DNA of 59,378 bases, counting the filler, from Sphacelaria rigidula (lineage: Eukaryota), in assembly GCA_964200075.2 (NCBI GenBank). It is 4 parts of 4 records of this genome, joined end to end, with 100 filler letters (N's around TTAATTAATTAA, not from the genome) between each part and the next. Parts side by side here need not be neighbours in the genome. Positions count along the whole stretch, not along the records: positions 29,743 to 44,511 come from CAXNAA020002058.1; positions 44,612 to 59,378 come from CAXNAA020002059.1; 2 more parts are not named here. One strand, given 5' to 3'. This document shows, in pieces, positions 39,121 to 50,298 of this stretch. Below the pieces are notes generated by a model. The model was not told the DNA's origin, made no database searches, and was given only the letters and a program-made list of their open reading frames with translations. The stretch's first letter is position 1. The number at the start of each line of letters is the position of its first letter. A program made the translations under genes and the position numbers.

Positions 39121-42100
39121 TTAAAGCGGTGCGTTAACATCATGTGTGCGATCGATATTATGTTGTATTCCGCGGCGGAGGCCTTTGGATTTGAGTTGCT
39201 GAAGACACCAAGACCTTCGTGGTGCGGATGGACTGGTGGTATAGAGCTCTGGGCGGAGCTTGAGCTGCACGGGTCCGGGGTCATCGATGAAGCGCACGAT
39301 GTAGGTGTCACGCGCGATGAGGTCTGTGGAGTGGGTCTGGCCTAGCCACCAGAGGTTGTCGCTGCCTTTGTACCAGAGGTAGGCGCCTTTGGGGAGGATT
39401 TCCTATTTTGCGCGGATCTTTTCTTTCCAATGCTGGGTGGCTACCAATTCATAGCCATCGGCGACAAAGCGCAAACCTTTGTCACGGTGAAGTTCGCGTG
39501 CTGCTGCGCCGCGGCGTATGTTGCGAAATTTCTTGTTGTTAGCAAGATGTTGCTGCTGAGGTTGTGTCCAGTACAGGAGAATAGCTCGGTGGTGCAACTG
39601 AAGGTCGGATTCGCGTTCCCAAGACGCTATCCGAAGGCCTTGCCCGTGAGTTTTGTAGATGACAGCAATCTTACCGCCTCGACCGCGAGTGATCTGGTGA
39701 TAAGAAATGTGGGACACGGCGAGACGAAGGGGTTGTTCCGCCACATCGTCGGTAGTAATGTGATCAGGCGGTGATTTAGTCGAATAGCTGTTGAGTACGT
39801 ACTGCGTAAGACCGGCAGGCAGATATTTGGGCATGTATCTAGTGTCATGCGGGTTGATGCAAGGTTTACAACGGTGTACAGAGACGCGAGATTTAGCGTC
39901 ATGTCCTCGAAGGTCGCGAGGAAGATCGAGATAAAGAAGTTTGTCACCGACAGGTTTGCCATCAGGTGAAGATGGCGAGGGCCCTACGGTCAGAATCTCG
40001 AATGGTCCTGTCCAGTTGAGGGATAGCTTGGTCTTCAAGACCGTCTCGTTGGCAGCTCTGTCAGCGCCTTGACGAATGGTTGACAAACTGTTGTAAACCC
40101 AGAGCCAATCGCCAACCTTCCAAGCAGGTCGTTTGTGCATCAGATTGTAGAGAGCATTATTAGATCTCTCAAGGCGCGAGGCGTTGATGGCGTGTTGTTC
40201 ACGCACGAGAGTGAAAGCTTTGCGCTGGCGTGCACGCGCCAGGTCATGGTAGGATATCTGATCCTGATCCAAGCCTTGGTGGCCATCGAAGGTGTGTCTC
40301 TCAAACACGGTGATGGGCAAACGCGGGTAGCGGCCGAGATGTAACTCGTTCGGAGAAAGACCGGTAGCAGCGTTGACGGAGTTGTTATAAGACAACATGA
40401 CATGTGAGAGATGAAGATCCCAATCGTTTTGTCGATCGTTGACTACCATAGACAGCATCTGGGCCATGGTGTGGTTAACTCGTTCAGTACCACCGTTACC
40501 ATTAGGGTGGTAAGCGCTTGTGGCAATCTTTCTAATGCCCAGGAGCGTATACAGTTCGTCCGAGAGGTCGAAGAAAAATTGCTGACCATTGTCGGAGAGA
40601 AGCCGTTTCGGGCAACCATTGTGCTTGATATAGTCATGAACTAAGATATTAGCTGTGCCCGCTGCTGTGAAGTCTCCAGCGGTGACTGCGTACATGGCTG
40701 CGTGACGGGTGAAGCGGTCGGTAAAGAGTAAGATGTAGGTATTGCTACGGTCAGTGGGCGGTAAAGGGCCAAAACAGTCGAAAGACACGAGGTGACCAGG
40801 AGCGTTGGGAAGTGCCATCGAAATAACTGGCCAACGTATAGTCTGTCGTGAGGTTTTGCGAGCTTGACACTTGAAGCAGCGCCGAATCCAGAAGCGGGTG
40901 GACACTTCCATACCTATTCACCAGTAGAAACGTTCGAGTAACGGTAATGTGCGCGTGACTCCAAGGTGGCAAGCCAGGTCAGTGTGACAGCCTTTCATTA
41001 CCCACGGTCGCATCAAAATAGGACATATATTCGAGTGGGTTCATCGTCGAGTAGGCGTGCATGGCGTCCAGTGGGCGCGGGTGAAGTTACTACCTGCTGG
41101 GGCGTAGGACGGTGGACAAGCAATTCGATTCCGTCATCAGTTGTGAAGATAGTATCTTTACGTGCGAGTTCGTATACCTCAGCGGCGTTTGGTGGTGGCA
41201 GTGTGCCGATTGGGGCTAATAAATTGGCTGGGATAAGAGCAGGGCAGCCAGCACGGAGGTACCGCATGGTTGCGCGGCGTAATGGTTCTGCTTGTTGTTC
41301 ACGAGCCCAATCACGATGGGAGTAACTGGCGAGAAATTCTCGCAGTTGGCCTTCCGCCGGAGAGCCGACCAGACATGGTGGCTCAGGAAGCGATGGAACA
41401 GGCGACGGGGGGGAGGTGCCAACGTCGATGTGAACATCGGAAGCATCAGAAGGGGTGGGCACTGACGGGACCGCAGCAGGCGGCGATGTCGCAGTAGTGC
41501 GCGCCGGAGATTGCGCTCGGCGCTTGTTGTGAGAACTGCGCGTGGCGGGGGTTGTCAAGGCTCGTGGTGCGGTGTTGCGGGGAGCCGGCGCGACGCTGCT
41601 TGCTGGAGCAGTAGGTGTTGTCAGTGGCGGCGGGGCGCGGGGAGGGTTAGCGCGGGCGGCAGACCGAGAGCGCGTGTTTTCGGAAAGGAGATGGACAACT
41701 GGAGGTTGCGAAACTGCAATATTTGCGCGAGGACCGATAGTACGGCAATCAGCGAAGTCGGCGTCGGTGGGTTGGAGTCCATTCAAGACTGCATCATACG
41801 GTAGGGGGCGGGGACCGCCCATGTGCATACCCGTCTCTGTGCAATGAAGGTCAAGGGCGTAAATGGGCGTTGAGGAACGCCGGATTGGATACACGCCGGG
41901 TTCATCGGGTTCAGTTAGTCGGCAAGCGGGGCTGAAATCCACAGCCGTTGGAGGGAAGGGCAAGCAGGAGAGAAGGTCAGCATTTCCGTTGCTTTTGCCA
42001 TGGCGGTGTTTGACAGTATACTGATAAGCTGTCAGGAACTCCAACCAGTGGTGCACACGCGGGTTATGTTCGCCAACTTTGGCGAGTTGTTCAAGTGCTC

Positions 42101-44408
42101 CGTGATCCGTGTAGATTTGGAAACGCACATGGAATGAATATTGTCGAAGGCGCTTTATGGCCCAAGTGATGACTCCGCCTTCCAGCTCCGGTGGACTCCA
42201 GTTGGCCTCGTTTGGAAGGGTGGCGCGACTGATATAAAGGATGGGTCGAATAGAGCCATCGAGTGGAGACTGATTCAGGACCGCGCCGAGCCCGTCTGTG
42301 CTCGCGTCTGTATGTAGTTGAAAGAGGCGAGAGCCGTCTTGTACAGCATCCCAGTCCGGGAAACAAAGTACCAGTTTTTCGGTGAGCGTTTTCAGCAAGT
42401 CGCGCACGATAGCTTCCATATCTTTAGTGAAGACAAACGCCGCACCTTCCTTCAGCAAGGCCGTAATCGGGCGAATCCTTTTGGACAGGTTAGGCAAACG
42501 TTTGCAATAGTAGGACAGTCCGCCTAATAATAAGCGGAGCTGAGTAATGTTTGTGGGCATTGGCAATTAAGTCATTGCCCTGACTTTGTTGGTTTCGGGG
42601 TGTAGACCCGCCGGTGAAATCGAGTGTCCCAGAAAATCCAGTCCAGTCGCGCCAATGCGAGCTTTGGATGGAGACAGTTTCGAATAATGTTTTCGCAGTC
42701 GAAAAAGAAACTCTTGTAGGGTGTGCACATGCGCAAGGGGGGAGGCATCGAATGCAATAGCGTCGTCCAAATACATAATGACGTGTTCGAGATTCTCGGT
42801 AACGCGTTGCATTACGCGTTGAAAACAACCTGGTGCAGTGGCGGCACCTTGTGGCATACGGAGCCATTCGTAGAGTCCAGAAGATGTACAGAACGCTGTC
42901 AGTGGGACTGTGTCAGGGTGGATGGCATTCTGGAAAAATTCAGAAGCAAGATCGAAGGTACTGAATATTTTGCCTTCGCCTAGAGAGTCGAAGACTTCAT
43001 CTATGCGGGGAATGGGGAGTTTTCCCACTACAGTTACGCGATTTAACCGTTGATAATTCACGGTGATGCGTATGTTTCCATCCTTTTTGGGGACTACCAC
43101 TAGCGGCGAGGCCCACGGAGAAGAGGAGTGTTGGATTAAACCGGCACCTGAGTACGCACCTACAATGGCGTTAATGTTTTTGGTGAGGATGGGGTTCGTC
43201 CGATATGGTCGAGAGAAGATTGTCGAGACGCCAGGTTGAAGGGTGATTTCAAAGGGCAGCGTTTTGCAATGCCCCAGATCTGTTTTGGATCGAGAAAATC
43301 TGTCTTGGTACTCCAATAAAACATCGCTCAATTCTTTGATTATAGCGGGTTCCCAACCGGGTCCATGTAGGTCAAAATTGATGTCACGTCAATGGGGTGG
43401 AAGTTGATCCCACATGTGCAAGAAACTTATCCGAGATTCTGGTGATAGACGTTGCAGCACTTCAGCAGGACGTTCGGACGTTGACGGTGCAGGGTCCACG
43501 GTGTGAATACGTGATGGAGACGAAAAGGTTACGTCGAAGTAAGGCTCATCGACGGAGTTGACAGAGCCGTCTGTCGGAGGCGCTGGGTTGGGCGTAGAGG
43601 GTTCAGTGGCACATGTCTCAAGTGGAATGTGCATGAGGGGAGCAGCAGCATTACCCAAAACATCTCCGGGTTCCAAGTTAGCGTGACCCGTGAGTGGCAA
43701 AAGTTGTTTCCCTGCGGAGACGAAGTGTCCTGTGCCGGCAGGCACACCAACGCGAGGAAGCATTTCAGCGAGGTAATGTCCCGTAAGGGCACGCATCGGC
43801 GAACTAAGGCAACAGTTGAGGATTATCGGAGAGGGTGACACCAGTAGTACCATCGTATCGCAGGTGGTAAGCAGCTCCGGTAGCTTGTTCATTTTTTTGG
43901 TAGGCCAGGGCGCTGTGAAGAGTTCCGAAATGTTCAAGGTTGAGTTCTCCACGAAGCGCACACTGTGGCGATAATGCTGGTAGCGTGCGGTAGGTGCGTT
44001 GATCAAACCGCATGTAACTATCTCGGCCCATGAGTAAGGCGTGAGCCATGGTGCTGTCCGGGACAACATATGCCCAGACTGCAAGGCTGGCAGAACGAGT
44101 TGTGTTGGGAAAGAATTGCACACTGAGACGAACTGATATTCGTGTGGTCAGAGGTGCGGTGGAGTCACCAAAACCGCCCCATACTCGAGGTTTCGTGGCA
44201 GTTTCGCAAGCTGCTGAAGCACCGCCAAACTATTTTATATGTTCCCACATTGATTCACGAATAAATGTTTGTGGGCTCCCGCTGTCTAACAAAGAGACGG
44301 ATTTGGCAGTGGTGGGTGCGTATGGTCCACAATGGAGCGCTACGCGAGTAGTATAAGTGGCAGGATCAACAGACACTTTACCGCCGACAAGATCCGGACC
44401 GTGTTCAG
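39121..44408 (-). pseudogene. pol: Ty3/gypsy (chromovirus-like) pol, copy A: protease, RT, RNase H, integrase, chromodomain, extra C-terminal domain
   Basis: LLDSGS protease motif; RT RMPQG and YLDD; RNase H LHTDAS and YTDH; integrase HHCC (..CFKC), SFD, SDNG, NGGTER and WTGPF; chromo-like VSHISYHQ...IYKTH.QG...SWERESDL; a few stops and frameshifts. Confidence 0.95.
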
Positions 44409-44511
44409 GAGTCATCCTACGATAGGGGGGGGGGGATTTTGGGCCATGGATAGCACGAAATTTAGGGAGAAAGACCCGTTGAAAGCAATCAGGGTTGTCC
44501 GCATCAGCTTG
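44409..44511. mobile_element. left end of a Sola-like MITE (cut by contig end)
   Basis: GAGTCATCCTACGATAGGGGGGG, same terminus as at 54723. Confidence 0.75.
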
Positions 44512-44611
44512 NNNNNNNNNNNNNNNNNNNNNNNNNNNNNNNNNNNNNNNNNNNNTTAATTAATTAANNNNNNNNNNNNNNNNNNNNNNNNNNNNNNNNN
44601 NNNNNNNNNNN
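44512..44611. other. artificial contig linker
   Basis: N-run + TTAATTAATTAA + N-run. Confidence 0.97.
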
Positions 44612-44644
44612 GCTGCTGGGGGGGGTGGAGTGGGGGGGGGGGGC

Positions 44645-44676
<32 letters not shown>

Positions 44677-44787
44677 GAGGTACATGGGGTCTCGGAGGTT
44701 TCTTTTTCGGGTACTCTCGGTATGAACCATATATTTTCAAGCATGGGGCATCGTCGGAACAGAAATAAGTGCACGATCCATGTACAC

Positions 44788-45035
44788 GTCTGTGTGTGTG
44801 TGTGTGCGTGTGTGCATGCTGTCGTCCCATCTATTCTGGGCGCCAGTCTACCCCTTCCGGGATATGTGGGCGCATCAGCCGGGGTCACACAGCAGGAAGG
44901 TCAACACAGGAGCTTTTTCTTCTTTATTTTTTTCTAGTACCCCATCTTCCTTCTGCGGTGCTTGCCTTCATTTTTCATCGCGAGAGGGGTTCAGCAGTCC
45001 CTTTCCCCCGTCGACCGTTAAGTCGATTTTTGTAT
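44788..45035 (-). mobile_element. SINE-like element, copy 3 (5'-truncated)
   Basis: (TG)n, GTCGTCCCATCTATTCTGG and GGTTCAGCAGTCCC are the reverse complement of the 8567-8883 body. Confidence 0.85.
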
Positions 45036-48000
45036 ATATGACCTTTGATCCCAACTGGACCGTCTGTGGGTCACACACGACTTGTTTGTCTTGATTCTCA
45101 TACCCCCAGTACAGAATCATCTCGGAGCTCCAGATCGTACTTGGTGATCTGCTCACTTCCGTGCCCAGTTACCATTTCAAGGGCGAACCGGTTTGTCAAG
45201 AACGATGTCCCTCCACTTCGCACCCGACCTTTCCCGCTGCCGTAGGTAGGAAACTATGTGGTATCCGAGAGTCCGATATCACTCACGAAAGTTTGCACCA
45301 GATTCACATACCGCTGGCTTCCCTAACGATGGCCTAATCAGGTATGTAGCACCGTTTTGGGCGCATAGGTGAGCATCCTTACAGTACACGAAGGAGTATT
45401 ACCCTCCCGTGTGACAAGCTATTTTGCCCCAACTATCTGCTTGTTTTGGGGCAGAGCAATTTCATATACGCTGTAGCTCTTTGTGCGGGTCGTTGGACTG
45501 CGCAGGCACAACGTGTGGGACCAAAGACGCCTCCGTGCCTTCGTTCTGCCTCCCCCTCGAACATCAAACAGTTCTTGACGAATCATCCGTTCCGCCTCAC
45601 GAAAACGCCAACTCCTTCGTTGCTCTGACCTAATATTCCATAGACAGTTCAAAGACGGCAAGCATTTAAATGTATTACTAGCTACGCGAGGTAATCAGTG
45701 TCGGCAACCATAGCCCTGTCGAGGGGTAATGGCAACGTGTAGTTCGAACCATCTTGGTCAAGATATGCAGCACATAGAACGGGGGAAACGATTCGAGTGC
45801 ACGGCGATGTACGGACGTGATACGCACGCTACTGGGGTGATCTTCCGCAGCTCCTGCTGTAGCTGTGACCTGCACGTGCTGTTGTTGGCATACCTTCACC
45901 CCTCGAAGGGCGAAGCTTGTGGGTTTCCTCTGCGCTGCAGCTCAATTGTCTACCAAATTAAACAAAGCACAAGAGGTTCGTACCAGTAAAGACGGACGAC
46001 TGAGGGTCAAACGGTTGACGGGGAACAAAATTCCGTATTTGGTACACGTCTGATAAAATTCTGCGACAAAAATTGTCCCTCTGGTTTTGTAGGTGAGGGT
46101 AACAAGCAACGTTGATAGTCCAACGATTGGTTCATTCTCCCCGTCGTGCATGGTGGCTTAGCTGTGTGTCGTCCGTGTGTATGTTTTGCGTGTGTTTGTG
46201 AGATACTTCGACGCAGGCGGGAACGGATCCATACAAGAAACCACTGCTGAATACCAGGTAAAAAAAGGTGATGACCCCTAGCGGATCCAGTTCGAAACGG
46301 TCTGTCGTTCGCGTCATTCCTTTCCTCCGCCCCTCAGCTCGATTCACGGGATCAACACATGACGTTTGTCCTTTGACGTCGTCTTACGAATGACTGGGAC
46401 GGAAGAGAACTGCAGAATCTAGACACTATTCTGCATAATATATCATCATGGCACAGAGGGTTTGATTGAGATTTGTTCAAGATAGGATGAATATACACAA
46501 ACCTGTCACGCAGCTATATATGGGGTCACCTGCGTTGTATCTACATATTTTTCTTTCGTCTGTCCCCTGCTTTGTTCATGTTTCGTTCTGCTCGTAGAGT
46601 GAAAGCACAACTGGTGAAGATTCTAGGCGACGTCAAACTGCGTGACGACGTACATGAGGACATCCCTTACTGGATGATAAAAAAGTACATGGGCCGGTGT
46701 AGCCAACCCCTCCACGAAGACGAATGAGGAACTGCAGCACGATTCAGCTTAGGGCCATTGCATCGGTGTATCACGCCTCTAGTCCACACCAATGGTTGGA
46801 GAAGCTCGGTGGGGATACAAAAGGAGGCGCTGCCGTGTGTATCACGGATGATATAGGGTGGGGAGACCTCTAGTAGAGGGAATGACTCTATTGTTGCTCA
46901 AAACATATGTACATAGCGACATATGCAGAAAACGATAGACTTAGGAAAACGGTCCGGAATCGGAAACAGAGGAGATACGCAAATGGGCCTATTCCTCCCT
47001 GCGATTGATAACTCGAAATATTGAAGTGTTGCTAACGAACGTGGAGCTAAAACCGAAACATAGACCTGGAGCAAAATCCGGCAGCTACTACGAAAAGAGT
47101 GCGACTCGACACCCATCACTCTGACAATGTTAGAACGCGTAAATGACAGGGGGTGAAGGGGATGATGTAATGATCATGCATGCCATCGTGATGGTGGTGG
47201 TGGGGGGGGGGTGGAGAGTGCATGCTTCATGAGGGGAGGGGAACATAGCCATCGCCGACGGATGTCTACGGGGTCGACGGGGCTGTTGTCTTCCGTCTTG
47301 CACGACTGTCGATGACGTATGCTATAGTAGAAGTAGCATTGGAACATCGAACTATATAAAGTATTTACGAGCGATAAATGATGAAAATCCGTCCCTTTGA
47401 GGTGAGAAACAATGGATATTCTCCTAGTCAGGCTCCCGCACACAGTGATATCAACCGCTTTGACCGGTAACATATGGGCGGCGATACTCTAAAAGGCGGG
47501 AGACACGTCACGAAAGTGGCCACACCCAACCCTGATGATGTACGGGCCCGGCCCCTCCTCACACCATGGATGGAATGTTTTAATGTACCCCCCAAGCACG
47601 TTCAATGGATGTCACCTGCTATTTTGGCCGGTAGCGCACGAATAACGATCCTCCTGGGAATGGGAAAGGTATCGGCTAATCTGCACGCCCTACATTATTG
47701 ATTCACGATAATCGCGAGCCCCTTCAGCCCCGGGGATGGACTCAGTTCATCCCCTGCCCGAAATCAAGATGTCCGAGTACGTGGACTATATCCCACCAAT
47801 ACACTCGAAACGAACAAGCTGGAGATTCTCTCGAAAGAGATTGAGAGAGAGACGGTAAGGAATGGCGGATGGAGAAGTAATGAGTGGACGGGTAAAGTAC
47901 TAGTGGTGCTGGTATTCGGAGTTCGTAGCGGTATGACGAGAATAGAGTTTAAAAGGGAGTGCAGTGGAGTTGGACTGTACAGTTTGGCAAGAGGAGAAGC

Positions 48001-50298
48001 AGAGGAGGAAGGAGAACATTTTCCAAGTCTCGCTAAAACAAAGCGCGAGCAAGGAGTGGGGAATGAGACGGGAAAGGTGTCGGCATGCGTTCGAAGGGTA
48101 GGATGGAGAGCATACGTAGCTAATGGAACAACAAGTCTAGGGCGTAGTGCACGGGTAAACGGAGGGGGAGAGAGGCAGGAAAAGGTAAATGCCCGGAAGG
48201 GGAAGGGGAGGGAACATAGCGGCCCGAAGCAAATAGGCAAAGACTACCTTAGGAACGGGAAAAACATACAAGCAAGGGAAAGTAGAAGTATAGGCGACGG
48301 ACAGAGAATAGTAGACAGCAGGAGAGCAGAGAATGAGTTGGAGATAAAGTTAAGAATAGGATCGTGGAACGTGTGTGGATTCGCCACAGACAAGAACAAA
48401 AGAATGGAGATAGCGCAACAAGTAAAAGCGCCAAGATATAGGATTCTTAGTCAAGGAATACCTGTGTGACAGTATAGAAGTTATCGACGACACGAAATTC
48501 GACGAGAGCATGTGGATAAGGGTAACAGGAGAGCGGGGAACGAAGGACGTCTTCGCAGGGAACACCTACATGCCCCCAGAATCGAAGAGTAGGGTGATCG
48601 ATATATAACGGAGGTTTAGAGAGATAGCAGCAGACGTACATGTATATAAAAGGCAAGGAAAAGTAATGGTAGTGGGATATTTTAATACAAGAGTGGGAAG
48701 AGCTGTTCAACCGGGTTATACCACGAATGGGGTAAAAATGCTCAAGTTCGTCGAGCATATCGAGATGAAGACGCTGAACGAAAGAGCACAAAAACTAACG
48801 GCGCAATGGACACGGAATAGAAAATGCAACGACAAGAGAGAACGCTCCGTTCTTGGCCATTTAGTGGTGGAGCATGGAAATAGTAAAGAAATGGAAGTAT
48901 ATGTATGGCACGAGGACGTGGGAACCACAGATCATTGCCTGGTATAGACAGAAGCCAACAGACGAGAGCTAAAAGAAATTGGCGGGGTGGGAAGAAATTG
49001 AGAATCGATTAAGCAGGTCTGGAAGAAAAAACAGCGAGAGCTCCAAGAAGAGATTACCAAAAATGCATGAAACTTTCCGCGGTGTTGGAACGGCTAGGTA
49101 CAGTTGATACCGAAATGGAAAGAAATCGGGCAGAAGCGAAGATTGTAGGAGGATGGGATAAGTTGATCAATAACACAGCGAGTAAAGTCATTGTGAAGAA
49201 ACTGATCGTATGCGACAGAGCATTAAAATGGTGGGACGAGGAAGTAAAAGAGGTAATAATGGGGAGGAAAGAGGCCCACCCGAGATGCATATCGAGTATA
49301 ACTACGGCAGGATGGGAGGAGTATCCTCGAGCTTGAAAGGATGTAAAGAAGATGGTACAGAAGAAAAATAAGAAAGTATGGGAGGATGAAGTGAATAAAA
49401 CAACTGAAGGTTTTGACGGCGGGATGAAACAAATGTGGATAGGGATAAAAGGGATCACGGGAAACCAGGTAGGAAATATGGACGAGGGGATAGCCACACT
49501 CCGGGAACAGAACGGTAAAATGGTCAGTAGTTCGACGGGGAATGAAGAAGTGTTAGTCGAGCACTAATACCGTAAACTAGGAACACCAAAAATTATCACG
49601 AAGTTTGAAATGCAATTCGAAAAAGAAATCAACGCGTGGGCAGAGGAAAATGTAGAGACGTCTAACCGGGAGGATAGTGGCTCGAAAGAAATGAGAGACT
49701 TCACCAGAGACAAAGTAAAGGAGTACGTAGTTAAACTCAAGAACAGAAAGGCAGCGGGGCAGACGGAGTAGTGAATGGATTGTTGAAGTACGGAGGAGAG
49801 GGAATGATTACCATGATGGTTATGCTGTATAACTGCATCTCGGAAAACGAGTACACACCCAAGAGGTGGAGAGAATGAGTAGTCGTCAACCTTTTAAAAA
49901 AAGGAGACAAGGGTGAACCAGGAGATAATGTAGGAATATCACTACTGAGCACAGTAGAGAGAACATTTTGTAAGATTTCTGAAGGATAGAGCAGGAAGGA
50001 TGCTAGAAAAGAAAGAAAAAAACAGCGAGGGGCAAGCAGGGTTTAGACCAAACCGTAGTTGCGTGTACCATGTATGCACACTAGGTAGGATTCTTGAGGG
50101 TAGGAAAGACACCGGGCGGACAACGTACTGTTTCTTTCTGGACGTGTAAAAAAGGGCTCATGACACAGTATGAAGAAAAAGGCTGTGAGAAAAGTTGTGG
50201 GAAGCTGGGATCAGAGGAAAGATGTGGAGAAGGGTGAAGAAGATGACAGGATGTACCAAAAGTGTCATGATGCTAGACGAGGGAATATCGAAATATTT

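Noticed and set aside
45050-47470. Genes or structured RNAs in this unassigned stretch
   Set aside because: Only short ORFs with no motifs and no consistent exon chain; nothing supportable.
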